The notes: generated by a model from the letters alone, not told the origin. 63,683 bases of DNA, filler included, from Octopus bimaculoides (GCF_001194135.2; 5 parts of 5 records of this genome joined end to end with filler, not necessarily neighbours in it); one strand, 5' to 3'; positions 11,300 to 23,789 are shown, counted from the whole stretch's first letter. Numbers and translations: made by a program.

Positions 11300-12070
11300 G
11301 ATACATTACCGGTTGTTGATACCGCTTAACTAGTTGGCTAATCCGGTCCCTGTAGTCTTTGCGATCCAGTAAGGACTCATTCAACTTCCAGTAACCGGAT
11401 CATTGTCTACAGGTCCTATCTAAATCAACTGAGCATATCACAAACTTGTGTAGCCAACCAATTTAAATTGTGGACACCTATGCTATCCCTATCCCCTGAC
11501 CTAACAAATAGTCTATCTAAATACGATCTGGATGACCCGCTGTGGTTGCTCCATGTCCCCACTGGCACATGAGGGAAATCCAGTCGGTACCTGTCAGGAA
11601 ACTGGAAAGTCCTGAGCAGGTTTTCGAGGCTTTTACACCCCTTCTGCTATGTACTAAACCCACACAGTTCTTCCGTGTGTCCAAAATACTATTCCAGTCC
11701 CCCACTAGTGCTAAAGTGCGAGACGTTCCCAGGAATGTTTCTAGACGCCTGAAGAACTCTAGCATTCCAGCCCCTCCATAGCCTTCCCGTCTAGGACCAC
11801 CACCCTACCCTCTGGGTCCAGGAAGATACCCCGTAGTTGGAGATCTAAGGATTTCCGGAGTTGCACTGCTACACCACCACCTGCTCCCGATAGACAAGGT
11901 GAAAATACCTCGTAGTCCTCGAATATGGATGTTAGAGCGTGTTTTCCGGGGATCCTTGTTTTACTAATATTAGTCACATCCAAATCAAGCGACCTGAGAT
12001 CATTGAGCAAGTGACCTTGCTTCCAAGCTGATCCCAGCCCACGCACATTCACACCTCATTCTCAGCACAG
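11300..12070 (-). mobile_element. L1/Tx1-like LINE, APE endonuclease domain
   Basis: NVRGL, GGVAV, GRVVVLD, VGDWN, SYLDR and GYWKLNESLL motifs across ORFs 11759-12052 and 11517-11765 and the downstream frame. Confidence 0.9.
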
Positions 12071-12729
12071 ACATGCTAGTCAAAGAAAGAGAAAGAGGAG
12101 GTTACTCACCTTGATTTTCGAGAAGCCCGGAAGTTCCGAGCCTCTCTACGGGCGAAAAAAATTTTAAAGACCCTTCCAACAACCTCTTATCAACTGTTTT
12201 TTTTTTTAAATCCCCACACTACATGGAAATTCTTCTTATTGTTTTATAAACGTCTGTCGACGTGTTAATTGAAAGTCTGATCTTCGGGATTTTGAGGATG
12301 AAATCCTCAAATTTCTTTCCCACTGCCTCTATTTTGTCTTTATTTTGACTTACAAAATCCATCAATTCACTGTTCCACTTGTCCACAACAGTGAAACTGC
12401 TCAGCTTGGAACAGCTAGGATTTTGAGATTGGCACTGGGATGTTGAATATCCCCTATGATAATTAACAACTAAGTATCAAAGCTTATAAAGTGCCGAAAG
12501 AGACCCTGTGAGACCTCTGACAGCAGGCTACTGTCGTCTCTCACAGAATCTACCAGAGCAGACAAAATCGAACTCTCTTAGAAGTAAAACAATAATAAGG
12601 GTTCACAAAAAACATTGAGAACGGTACAGGACAATACAATATGGGGCTACATAAAATGAAACAGTGAAAATGATAACAAAATACATTTTAACAATGAAAA
12701 ATTCCCCAAATGAGGGAGACTTCCTAGGG

Positions 12730-12925
12730 ATGTTCGTGGAGATCCCACAAATGCACGCAATCTTGAGCAGGTTTATCTACGACAACCTCCACCTTATGCG
12801 ACACATCGTAGAGAGGGCTGGGACTAAAGCTGGCTTCGGTGGGGGCCTGATCAATTTAGATCAGTCGAAAGATTTCGATATGGTAGATCATCGCTACTTG
12901 GAAGCCGTCCTTAAAGCGTACGTAA
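12730..12925 (+). mobile_element. L1/Tx1-like RT fragment
   Basis: IYDNLHLMRHI...LINLDQSKDFDMVDHRYL matches the RT LDQxKAFDxVxH motif. Confidence 0.85.
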
Positions 12926-12975
12926 AGCAAGATATTCGTACGTAAAGCAAGATACAGACGTCTGTGCAAAGTTTG

Positions 12976-13006
<31 letters not shown>

Positions 13007-13634
13007 TTAGGACACTCACGTATACATATAAGTAAATATATACACGCATATGCATGCACATACACACACATATATACATATATGTATGCACATACGCATA
13101 TAAACCTACGCTCGCGTACACATATACACATATACACAAATTCACACTAATATATACATACACCTTAAAAAAAAAACGCAAATGCGTACATATGAATATG
13201 TAGACATATATATCTATATATATATGTACACACACACANNNNNNNNNNNNNNNNNNNNNNNNNNNNNNNNNNNNNNNNNNNNNNNNNNNNNNNNNNNNNN
13301 NNNNNNNNNNNNNNNNNNNNNNNNNNNNNNNNNNNNNNNNNNNNNNNNNNNNNNNNNNNNNNNNNNNNNNNNNNNNNNNNNNNNNNNNNNNNNNNNNNNN
13401 NNNNNNNNNNNNNNNNNNNNNNNNNNNNNNNNNNNNNNNNNNNNNNNNNNNNNNNNNNNNNNNNNNNNNNNNNNNNNNNNNNNNNNNNNNNNNNNNNNNN
13501 NNNNNNNNNNNNNNNNNNNNNNNNNNNNNNNNNNNNNNNNNNNNNNNNNNNNNNNNNNNNNNNNNNNNNNNNNNNNNNNNNNNNNNNNNNNNNNNNNNNN
13601 NNNNNNNNNNNNNNNNNNNNNNNNNNNNNNNNNN

Positions 13635-13703
<69 letters not shown>

Positions 13704-13787
13704 GACTATCTGCTTCTGCGCCTGTGTCTCTGTCTGTCTACCCGTTTACATAGAAAGATAGAAATATATCAAATATCATGCAGCATT

Positions 13788-14232
13788 AATTCTTGATTCA
13801 TTAAAATTATCTCCACCTTTAGAGGACGTAGCATAATTACCAAATGATAATTAAGACAAGCTCCATATAAGAAGGAGAGATAACATCAAGGATCAAATAT
13901 CCTCCAAAACTGACATGCCATTTAAGGAAAAGGATGGACACATTGTCTAGAGATAAATGGACACCTGTTTTTCGCCCCCAATAAGCGTCATCAGCAAGGC
14001 AATTTTCTAACCTTATCAACTGTAGCAAAGGGACTTAAGTTTATAGAGAAAGAGTAAAACTGTACTCTTATCTGCAATAAGCCTGTCCTTTTCCTAAACG
14101 GCATGTCAACTTTGGAGAATTTCTGATTCTTGAAAGTATCTACCCTTCTCATTTGGAACTAGTCTTAATCCCTATTTCTTAATTAAAACAACACTCATCT
14201 AGACGTGAAAATGGTTGCAATAAATCAAGGAT
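13788..14232. mobile_element. Foldback/MITE-like element with ~150-bp diverged inverted arms
   Basis: 13788-13939 matches the reverse complement of 14081-14232 (ATTAAGAC, AGAAGG..AGATA, CTCCAAA..TGACATGCC.TTT, AGGAAAAGGA). Confidence 0.65.
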
Positions 14233-14526
14233 TTACCTTGTATTGTATTTGTTATACTTGTATTTGTTCTTGAAATGTACGCCACTGGCCACTCGGAGTT
14301 ATTTCTCTTGACTCATTTTTGTTTAAATTATGCAAATTACATGTTTATCTACCTATTTACCTACATAACTACCTATCCATCATTTTTCAGCCTTTCTATG
14401 GCTACGATAAAAAAATTCTACTTACTATTGCTACTGGCTGGTTAATTGTTAAACGGTCTACATATTATTAAAGGACAGTTACGTCTAGGTGTGACGTTTA
14501 ATTATTATTATAAGAAGTATTTTTGA

Positions 14527-14735
14527 GGACGGCGGATTAGCAGAATCATTAGAACGTCGGACGAAATTTCCTACGGTATTTCTTGACGTTCAGAGTTCAA
14601 ATATCGCCGAGGTCGATTTTGCCCTTTAACCTTTCGGGGATCGAAAATAAGTATCATTTGAGCATAGGAGTCGATGTAAATGACTTTGCTCTACCCTCAA
14701 AATTGCTGGCCTTGTGCGAAAATTTAGAAAATAAT
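14527..14735 (+). mobile_element. tRNA-derived SINE family A
   Basis: AGCAGAATCATTAG, GAGTTCAAAT, GAGGTCGATTTTGCC, TTTCGGGGATCG and an ATT tail. Confidence 0.85.
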
Positions 14736-14752
14736 TATCGTTATTATTATTA

Positions 14753-14948
14753 AGTTGGCGAGATGGCAGGGTCGTTAGCACGCCGGACAAAATGCTTTTC
14801 GTCTGTCTTCAGGTCCTGAGTTCAAATTCCGTCAAGGTCGGCTTTGCTTATCATCGTTTCGTGAATCAAAAAATTAATGCGCTCTGGGCTCGATGTGCTC
14901 TCTACTCTAACTTTCAGGCTATGTTCCTATAGTAGAAAGGATTATTAT
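14753..14948 (+). mobile_element. tRNA-derived SINE family A (tandem to the previous copy)
   Basis: TGGCAGGGTCGTTAGCACGCCGG, GAGTTCAAATTCC, and the tail CTATAGTAGAAAGGATTATT. Confidence 0.85.
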
Positions 14949-15959
14949 TACAATAACGGAATTATGCGTAGTGTCTCTGTAAAATGTAAAGGAGCGTACT
15001 CGGTCGTTGATAAAATCCTAACACGGGATTGAAACCAGTACGGCCGATCCCATTTTTTCTGTCCATGAAGATAGTGTATTTAAAGACATAGTGCTGACAT
15101 ATCTCAGCAGGGTTGGCTAAAAATCTATAGATACATTCTATAATACAGTAGAGCACGAGCGCACACAAATATACACACACACGACGCACGTACATTTATA
15201 TATATACGTTTGCATATATGTATGTGTGTATATACACACTCAAACACATACACATACACATATTTCATAGAATAAGAGATAGTGACAGAGAGAGAGGGAG
15301 AGAGAGAATATGGCAGAAGAAGAAGAAGAAGAAGATGATGATGAAGAAGAAGAAGAAAAAGAAAAAGACGAAGAAGAGAGTGAGTGAGCAAGCTGGGAGA
15401 GTATGAGAGAAATATGACAATAGTTATTTAAGGAATTATGTATTTACCGCTGCAGACGGGAATTTTGAGAGTTCTGCACATCTGGTGCTAAAAGTAATTA
15501 ATTAATGTCCCTCTGGTTCATGATACCGAAACCAATTACGTATTTGAGAGAGAAAGAGAGTGTCATGTAAGAGGAGAAGAGAGTCACCATTGGCATGTGT
15601 AGTGAGGTAGAGAATCTGTTAGAAAATAAGAACAGAAAAGAGAGTGTTTCAATGTTTGTTTGAGTGAAAGAAACGGAGAAAGTAATGAAGTAGTCATCAG
15701 TAATAAAGAATAAGATTTACTTAAAGAATTAGTGATTAGGAGAAGGACAAGCGGGAGATTAACGTCCATACAAACCTATGCTGGATAATTGAACATTTTC
15801 GCGAACATGCTTTCATTACCATCTCTCTGTCTCTAAGTATTTGTTTTTCTTCCTTTTCCTATTTCTACTTCCATGTCGTTCTTTCTCTCTCCCAGCACTG
15901 TTCTTCATTTTTCTGTACCATATTTCGTTCTATAGTTATATTTCTCTCTATATGTTGAT

Positions 15960-16690
15960 AGTTATTGCTACTACTGCTATTGTCGTTGTCATGTTGTCGT
16001 AGAAGAGTTCTATGGCCGTACGACTGGTTAGATGTGACCCACGGATCTAGTTTTCCAGCTATGCCATGTTTCCATGAAGTTGAGGGACGCTACGTGATAG
16101 TCTGGACATATTGCGTTCTTCTAATTCTTTTTTACGCTTGCAGATTCTAGAAGAGGGCCAGGTGGACTATTTTAAAGCATGGCTGTTGTTGTTCCTCTGC
16201 CATTATTGCTGGTGATCTGCAGACCGACAATGTTTCTATCCCAACCAGCGTAAGTTTATTTGTAATGCAGCCACATATGTGTGTATATATTTTTTTATAC
16301 TTCGGCTAAATGGGAGCGATAATGTTTTAAGAATGCTAGTGTTGTAGCGGTCTGGGACATTGTTTATGAGTGGGTATTTGGAGGTGATTTTTTATTTAGT
16401 CACAAGGGACTGTAAAGTTTTGCTTACTGCGCTGCACGTCGTTGCTCCTTCATTGTTAGTATTTTTGTTTCGATGTAGAAATGGTTGCTGTGTTTGTGAT
16501 CTGCCTACAAGCTACCATGATGTTCGCTGTTTTTGTACTACGCTTACTGATGTTTGTGAAGGAAGAACTGGCATAGTCCTTGACGAATCTAATGTATTGT
16601 TTGTATACTACTGTAGCAAAGCTCCTGCTGAGCTTTGTCCCATCACTCATATTTTCCCAGGTCAGGACTACCATTTATCATATCACCATA
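15960..16690 (-). mobile_element. Decayed LINE 3' region (post-RT, I/Jockey-group-like) with (CAA)-rich tail
   Basis: GTKLSRSFATVVYKQYIRFVKDYAS resembles the post-RT G...Y..YIR..L.YAS motif. A simple-repeat tail lies at about 15960-16000. Confidence 0.5.
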
Positions 16691-17044
16691 AAAGGCAATG
16701 TGTTGCCATAAAAAGGTATTTACGCCTACCCAAAAATGACTCGACACATCAGCACGGGTTGACTTATGGTTAATACAGCAAACTTCATGAAAGCATGCAA
16801 GTTTTCCCACCGAATAACTTGATCGAAGGCTCTGGAAAATTTGACTTACGGATATAAAAGGTTGGTGAGTTCATCTCAGACAAGAGTCATTTAGCATTCA
16901 ACAAGAAACTGTGTTGCTTTGATTAGTGATTTGGTCTCTCACTCCCTTTCATTTTTTTTGCTTAATAAACTTGTTAAATTTGTGTGCTGTGTAACTGACC
17001 TGTTAGAAATGTGGACACCCATTACAATCCATAACCACTGGTCT

Positions 17045-17890
17045 AACAAATATTCTTCCTAGATGTGATCTCGACGACATGTGTTTGCACCATGTCCACA
17101 CCTGCACGTCCGGAAAATCTAGTAATTATAGGCCAAACAATAGGAAACTTCTGAACAGGTTTCGAGGCTTTTGCACCCCACTTCGTATGCGCTAACCTCA
17201 CGTAATTCCAATATGTTTCTACCATGCAATGCCAATCACCCCCATTGATATTAAAGTCTGAAACGTCCTCTAGAAAGTTTCTAGACGTCTGAAGAAATCA
17301 AGCCGTACTATCTCTGTTGGGGTATAGACGGTCACAAGCCTGGCGGTAACATCTTTGCCATTCGTATCCAGGACCAGTAACCTAATGTCGAGGTCGAGGT
17401 CCAGATTGTCCATACTTCGAGATTTAAAGATTTTCGGAATAACATTGCCATCATACCATCAGGCTGCGCATTTCAAGAAATACGAGTTGTACTCGTATTT
17501 CTTGAAAATGGGCGCCAATACCCGTGCTCCAAAGCTGCAGGGCTCGCTGATGACAATACATTATAGACCTAGGAACCTGAAACTATTTAGGAAGAGACCT
17601 TGCTTCCAAGATGACACCAAACCGGCCGCATTTATGCACCCGATTCTAAGGACAGCTATATTGGTCAGAGAGAAGAAAATGGAATGCGAGTGGTCATTCA
17701 CATTGGTCCTCGAGAAGGACATTTGATTCAGTGTCCACATTGGTTAAGAGGTAAAGATGTTTGGAAAAATCTTTCCAACACCGAAGGGAAATCTCCATTT
17801 AACTCTGTCCGTATCTCTGTAAAACTGTATAAAGAGTTTATCTTTCAGAGTTTTAGGAAGGAACTCTTCAAAGTTTTCCCCATTGATGGG
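17045..17890 (-). mobile_element. L1/Tx1-like LINE: probable ORF1 tail plus APE domain (second copy)
   Basis: LRIGCINAAGLVSSWKQG and RLLVLD...FFRRLETF align with the 11300-12070 copy. Confidence 0.85.
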
Positions 17891-18024
17891 AGTCAGACAA
17901 AAATTGCTTGCCCTTCCTGGCGTAAGGAAAGCGACAAGAGACTCAAACGATATCCTGCAATTGTTCCATAACAGTCCACTAGTCAGCAACGCTCAAACTG
18001 TACGAATGCATGCGGAATAGCTTC

Positions 18025-18110
<86 letters not shown>

Positions 18111-18295
18111 TTGCGCATCTCGGACAGACCAAACTGACGGCACTTCCACCCTTGTAATCCCTGGTAGCACTAGTATGCCAGGAAATTTTGCAAATTATCC
18201 ATGGGTCTTGGAGCGAAGGTTTGCCGGAACAGATCCACCAGATGATTCCTATCGACACCTAGAGTTTCTCCGAGAACGATTTCACTCTTCCCCAT
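17891..18295 (-). mobile_element. L1/Tx1-like ORF2 C-terminal fragment (second copy), interrupted by (GA)41
   Basis: VLGETLGVDRNHLVDLFRQ...PMDN and CPRCAKG[ER]nDEAIPH align with 10640-10860. Confidence 0.85.
18026..18107. repeat. (TC)41 microsatellite
   Basis: Directly visible. Confidence 0.98.
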
Positions 18296-18365
18296 CTCTA
18301 CATCTCTAAAGAATACTAATGAGGAATATCACCTCTCAGCTCGCCGCCTTAATAACTATAATAAT

Positions 18366-18479
18366 CTGTTCTACTCTAGGCACAAGGCCTAAAATTTCGT
18401 GGGAGGAGGCTAAGTCAATTACATCGATCCCAGTGTTTTACTGGTACTTAATTTATCAACCCCAGAAAGGATGAAAAGT
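18366..18479 (-). mobile_element. 5'-truncated SINE family A with 17-bp TSD
   Basis: SINE 3' half flanked by TTAATAACTATAATAAT at 18349-18365 and 18480-18496. Confidence 0.85.
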
Positions 18480-20279
18480 TTAATAACTATAATAATGATA
18501 ATGATAATAGTTCTTTCTAATTTTGGCACAAAGCCAACAATATTGATGGAAGTAGTGGGGGACATGTCAATTACATCAAGCCCCCCCCAATAGAGCCAAG
18601 AAAAAGACTTTTCTCAGGTTTAAATGTGACTTTGTTTTCGGTATCTACATTCCAAAGGTGGAACTTTGTATCATTGTTAGAAACCAGTTCCATCTTCAAA
18701 GGAAGAATTCAAATAATGTAAAACAGAAAAGAATATATATACATATACATTGCAATATGTTATAAAAACAAGAGCGTATAAATAGTTACGTACAATTGAG
18801 GGGAGGGGCATTCATATATTGAGAAGTAGTGATTTAAAAAAATGGCACATACTAATTAAATGAACACGCATACACACACATATATAAGCACAATTATATT
18901 ACGATATAATAAAAACAAAACAAATATAAACGTTCCACGCACAGGTAAGAAATTGTGAGGTGAGTTAGATCAGAAATACCCTGTCTCCACCCACTATTCC
19001 ACGTAATGGAACCTGGTTTTGCTCAAGACAACTGCAATTATTTTTTACGTTGGATGATTCAATCAGGATCCCCACACTTGAGAAAGAATTGCTTTTATGT
19101 TGTATAAGAAAAAACAAAACTCTCCGCTAGCAATAAAAAAACAAAAATGCGTTTTGCATGAAAAGCCAATATGAGAGTTTCTCTCATAACAACTATCACC
19201 GTATAGTTTGTTTTAACAGAATATCCAAGTTTAAGCGGGGATAAATATTACTTCTCCATAAAATAGCTATTTTGTTAGGGCTAATCCTTTGGTTACTATA
19301 TTTCAGTCGAAATATGCATTCTTTGTTTCAATTAATCTTGAAAACAATGAGGGATCTAGGAAAATAACTTTGTTATAATTGAAATGGAGTTTGGAACATA
19401 ATGTGAAATTTTGATGGAAGGTTTTAACTTATATCACTTTAAACCAGGATATTTGTATGGCAGAATTGGAGGATTGCTTGCTTTCTTCGTTTGACAATAT
19501 ATGATGTTGTTTTCTTGCTGTTGTCGCAAGCAGCCCCGACCAAACTGAAGTTTCAAACTATTTTTTCCCCGTGTACAACGCACTGGTTTCTATTGAGAGA
19601 TCAATTAAATTTGTTCGTTTATATTTTGGGTAGATATGTTCTTCGTCGTGGTCGTCCTCCTCTTCCTCCTTTTGTTACTATATATTTTTTCTTATTGGTT
19701 TAGGCGTGGGTTGCTAAGTAGGTNNNNNNNNNNNNNNNNNNNNNNNNNNNNNNNNNNNNNNNNNNNNNNNNNNNNNNNNNNNNNNNNNNNNNNNNNNNNN
19801 NNNNNNNNNNNNNNNNNNNNNNNNNNNNNNNNNNNNNNNNNNNNNNNNNNNNNNNNNNNNNNNNNNNNNNNNNNNNNNNNNNNNNNNNNNNNNNNNNNNN
19901 NNNNNNNNNNNNNNNNNNNNNNNNNNNNNNNNNNNNNNNNNNNNNNNNNNNNNNNNNNNNNNNNNNNNNNNNNNNNNNNNNNNNNNNNNNNNNNNNNNNN
20001 NNNNNNNNNNNNNNNNNNNNNNNNNNNNNNNNNNNNNNNNNNNNNNNNNNNNNNNNNNNNNNNNNNNNNNNNNNNNNNNNNNNNNNNNNNNNNNNNNNNN
20101 NNNNNNNNNNNNNNNNNNNNNNNNNNNNNNNNNNNNNNNNNNNNNNNNNNNNNNNNNNNNNNNNNNNNNNNNNNNNNNNNNNNNNNNNNNNNNNNNNNNN
20201 NNNNNNNNNNNNNNNNNNNNNNNNNNNNNNNNNNNNNNNNNNNNNNNNNNNNNNNNNNNNNNNNNNNNNNNNNNNNNNN

Positions 20280-20333
<54 letters not shown>
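20280..20333. repeat. (CTA)n microsatellite at a gap edge
   Basis: Directly visible. Confidence 0.97.
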
Positions 20334-20489
20334 GTAGTGACAGGGGAAGTCGATGAAATAGTACTGTTGTTTCATTGATGGAGAAACCGTTCTGAGTTCA
20401 ATGTAAACAAAAGCAAATAGTAAATTTGAAAAGACTAACGATCTCCTGTCTTCCATTCCTCCTCCCACAATGGAATATACATGCAATAC

Positions 20490-20690
20490 ACCCCCACAAA
20501 AACTATTGTCATTCAAGAAGGTGAACGTCGTACCTGTCGTTGGAGTTCTGGGAAGTTAAGTACAAAGCTCACAAACTGGATCGAAAAGATAGGAGTGAAT
20601 GTGAAGATAGAGCGTCTACAGGAAATAGCGTTACTTGGAACCATACGAATCCTCCACAAAGTTCTCGAAATCTTAACGAACATTATTAAC
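20490..20690 (+). mobile_element. R4/Dong-like LINE 3' end (RLE domain tail)
   Basis: VPVVGVL-GKLSTKL...IERLQEIALLGTIRILHKVL, with a frameshift. Confidence 0.8.
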
Positions 20691-20762
20691 TTAGCTTACT
20701 AGCTTTGGGCAGCTGACACTTTGTTACAGCCTCTTGTGAAAGTGCTGTGTTTAACAAGAAAA

Positions 20763-20976
20763 ATAAGTTTCAAATTTTGGCACAAAGCCAGCATTTTCGG
20801 GGGATGGAGTAAGTCTATTACATCGACCCAGTGATCAATTGCTACTTATTTTATCGACTCTGAAAGGCTAAAAGGCAAAGTCAATCACGGCGGAATTTGA
20901 ACTCAGAACGTAAAGAAGGACGAAATGCTGCTAAGCATTTTGCTCGGCGTGCTAACGATTCTGCCATCTCGACGCC
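20763..20976 (-). mobile_element. tRNA-derived SINE family A, full length
   Basis: The reverse complement has the same A-box, B-box and core as 7376-7595. Confidence 0.9.
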
Positions 20977-21259
20977 TTAATAACTATAATAATGATGATA
21001 ATAGTTTTTTCTAATTTTGGCACAGCAATATTGATGGAAGCAGAGGCATGTTGATTACATCGAACCCCCCACTACGTACAGACAAGAAAAAATCTTAACG
21101 TTGACTGTGAAGTGAAGATTGTGGAACAGAATGTAAGACAATATCATATGTAACTTCAGAATCTGTGGAGATGTGGAAGGAAAAATTAATCACATTGTCT
21201 CTGGCTCCTATTGGCCAGGAAATTATATAAATACAATGAAATAGCAACAGAAAAGAAGT

Positions 21260-21400
21260 GGCGTGGCAATACAACCAATACTGTGGGTTATGCCAAGTCA
21301 CGCTAGACATGTTAATCAGCCAGATATCGTTGTCATGGACCTCCTAATCTACATATCAGTCCCAACAAATGATATCTCTAAAAGAGATGGAGAAATTATC
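21260..21400 (+). mobile_element. R4/Dong-like RLE fragment
   Basis: ILWV...NQPDIVVMD..I.ISVP matches the ILWD..PDIVV RLE motif. Confidence 0.6.
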
Positions 21401-21410
21401 CAGTTGGGAA

Positions 21411-21627
21411 CAAGGGCCCGGGAACAGGGGGTGCAGATGGTGCTCTTACACCCCCTAAAATTTTTAGGGGTTGCAAAATCAAAATTTTCACCCCCTACAT
21501 ACTTTGTCAGGTTTAGAAAATAGTGTCTAAAAAGTGATCTGTAAAAAGTTGCTTGAAGTTAGGTTCTCAAAATAAGAACAAAAGGACAAAAATATATAAA
21601 TAAAAAGTCCGAAATGTTTACTAATGA
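21411..21627. mobile_element. Possible hAT/MITE left end with subterminal palindromes
   Basis: AGGGGGTGCA...TACACCCCCT and CCCCTAAAA/TTTTAGGGG hairpins; the element runs into a gap. Confidence 0.35.
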
Positions 21628-21727
21628 NNNNNNNNNNNNNNNNNNNNNNNNNNNNNNNNNNNNNNNNNNNNTTAATTAATTAANNNNNNNNNNNNNNNNN
21701 NNNNNNNNNNNNNNNNNNNNNNNNNNN
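21628..21727. other. Artificial scaffold join N44-TTAATTAATTAA-N44
   Basis: Exactly 100 bp, with a six-frame stop linker at 21672-21683. Confidence 0.95.
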
Positions 21728-21985
21728 CCGTTAGATTCACATTTAAATTCAATTTGTTAAAATAGTTTCGTCCCTTTCTGACCGCGACCTTCTTCAAAAT
21801 TTCATGCTGCATTTTGTGTTTCTTAAATGGCTTCCACGCTGCTATTTTATGTATATATATACATTTATGTCAGTGTCTTATTTTGTTAAACATTTTAAGC
21901 ATGTGTGCGATTTGAAACCAAATGCAGAATAAGACCTTCTCCATCTCTCTCTTTCTATCTAGCTCTCTCTCTTTCTATCTCTCTA

Positions 21986-22026
<41 letters not shown>

Positions 22027-22108
22027 CTCGTACCAATGATCAACTTCTCATTATTATTTATTGCACTATTTCTTTTCTTTTCACTTTATATGTATATACA
22101 CATATTGA

Positions 22109-23085
22109 TTCTGTCTTAGCACACGTTGGTTAGCATTTTCCAGTAGCTTAATAAACGCACTGGCACCTGCAAAATTGAGCAGTGCCAAAAGTAATTGGCA
22201 TGAAGCTGCTATGGTATTTTGCGGATTTGACCGAAGACGAAAATTTAGCTGCGAATATTCCGTGTGATATTCCGTGTCCTAATTTCCCGTCCGTTTAGTT
22301 TTCGTTTAGCTGTCGTCTAACTTTTCACCTTGTATTCTTTCTGTTCAACTCTTGATACATCCATGCAAGGTAATGCACGTTGTTTGTTTGCTTTATTGTA
22401 AAAAATATTCCTTGAATATTCTTGTTCCACTCTTAACGTTATCTCCGCTCTTACACTGTATTTTTCTCCACTCGTTCTCTGTTTGACTCCCTTTCTTTTT
22501 CGTCACCCCCCTTTTCCGTCTTACTTTATCTTTTTCCACCCCTAATCTATCCCGTTCTCCATTCTTACCCTCTCTTTCCGCCCTCACGTGCCTCCCTTGA
22601 ACCTTTCCCCTCACTTTTTTACACTACTCCTTCGTTCTCTCTTTCTGTCATTTCCCCTCCCTTTCTACCTCTGCTCCTTCGTTCTCTCTCTATACTACGT
22701 ACCCGGTGCTCGGTAAAAGCGGTGTCGTTCTTTTTCGCCCAACCTTTGACCAGACTATTTACGTTGGCTTCGGCTTCTTCTACGTCCGTTCTGTCCTGAA
22801 GGACTTACTCTATTTCCTCGACAGCTACAAAGCTCTTTCTGTAGTATTTGTGGTATATGCATAATTGCTATTATTTTTCTTCGTTTGTATATAGCTGTAA
22901 GGCTTCGTGTCGTTATTTATTCATAATTCGTTGTCTCTTGTATTTATATAATGTCTTGTTTGTTTCTGTCTTCACACACATTCGCTAGCTTTTTCCTAGT
23001 AGCTTAATAAAAGCACTGGCGCCTGCAAAACTGACAAATATCAAAAGTAATTAGCATGAGACTGATATGATATTTTACATCTTTG
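22109..23085 (+). repeat. Pair of diverged ~120-bp direct repeats (22109-22229 and 22963-23085)
   Basis: Shared AGTAGCTTAATAAA.GCACTGGC.CCTGCAAAA and CAAAAGTAATT.GCATGA. Confidence 0.8.
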
Positions 23086-23757
23086 AATGAAGAGGAAAAT
23101 TCAGATGCGAATATATATATATATATATATATATATANNNNNNNNNNNNNNNNNNNNNNNNNNNNNNNNNNNNNNNNNNNNNNNNNNNNNNNNNNNNNNN
23201 NNNNNNNNNNNNNNNNNNNNNNNNGTAGTCAAATTTTCCACATATACCTAAAATACGTCATGATAACCCATTAAAACACTCTTTTGGCAATATTACCGTG
23301 TAAGCACGTCAATTTTGAAAAAGTTTTCTCCTGTTGAATATCTAGTTGTTGCCTAATATTCAAATTATTTAAAAGGTCAAACTAGAATGTGACAGCCTTT
23401 GTCTGTAGCCACCAAACCCCATACAGACACACATCCACACATACATACACAAACATACATACGCACAAACACACAGGCAAATATACTCACAGACAGACGG
23501 ACTTACATATAGGCATAAAAATATATTTAATGGTCATTTGAATTTTCTATTTCATTACTGTGAACGGGAAATAAATGAAACGAGAGTCAATTATCAATTT
23601 ATTCATGTATAATGATTATATTCTGCTATGCCCTAACTTCATACGGAGCTCTTTGTTTAAATTGGTGCTGTTTTATTGCAATGAACAATGAAATCATGCT
23701 ATCCGTCTCACACACAAACACACACACACTCACACACACGCAATCACACTGTATATA

Positions 23758-23789
<32 letters not shown>

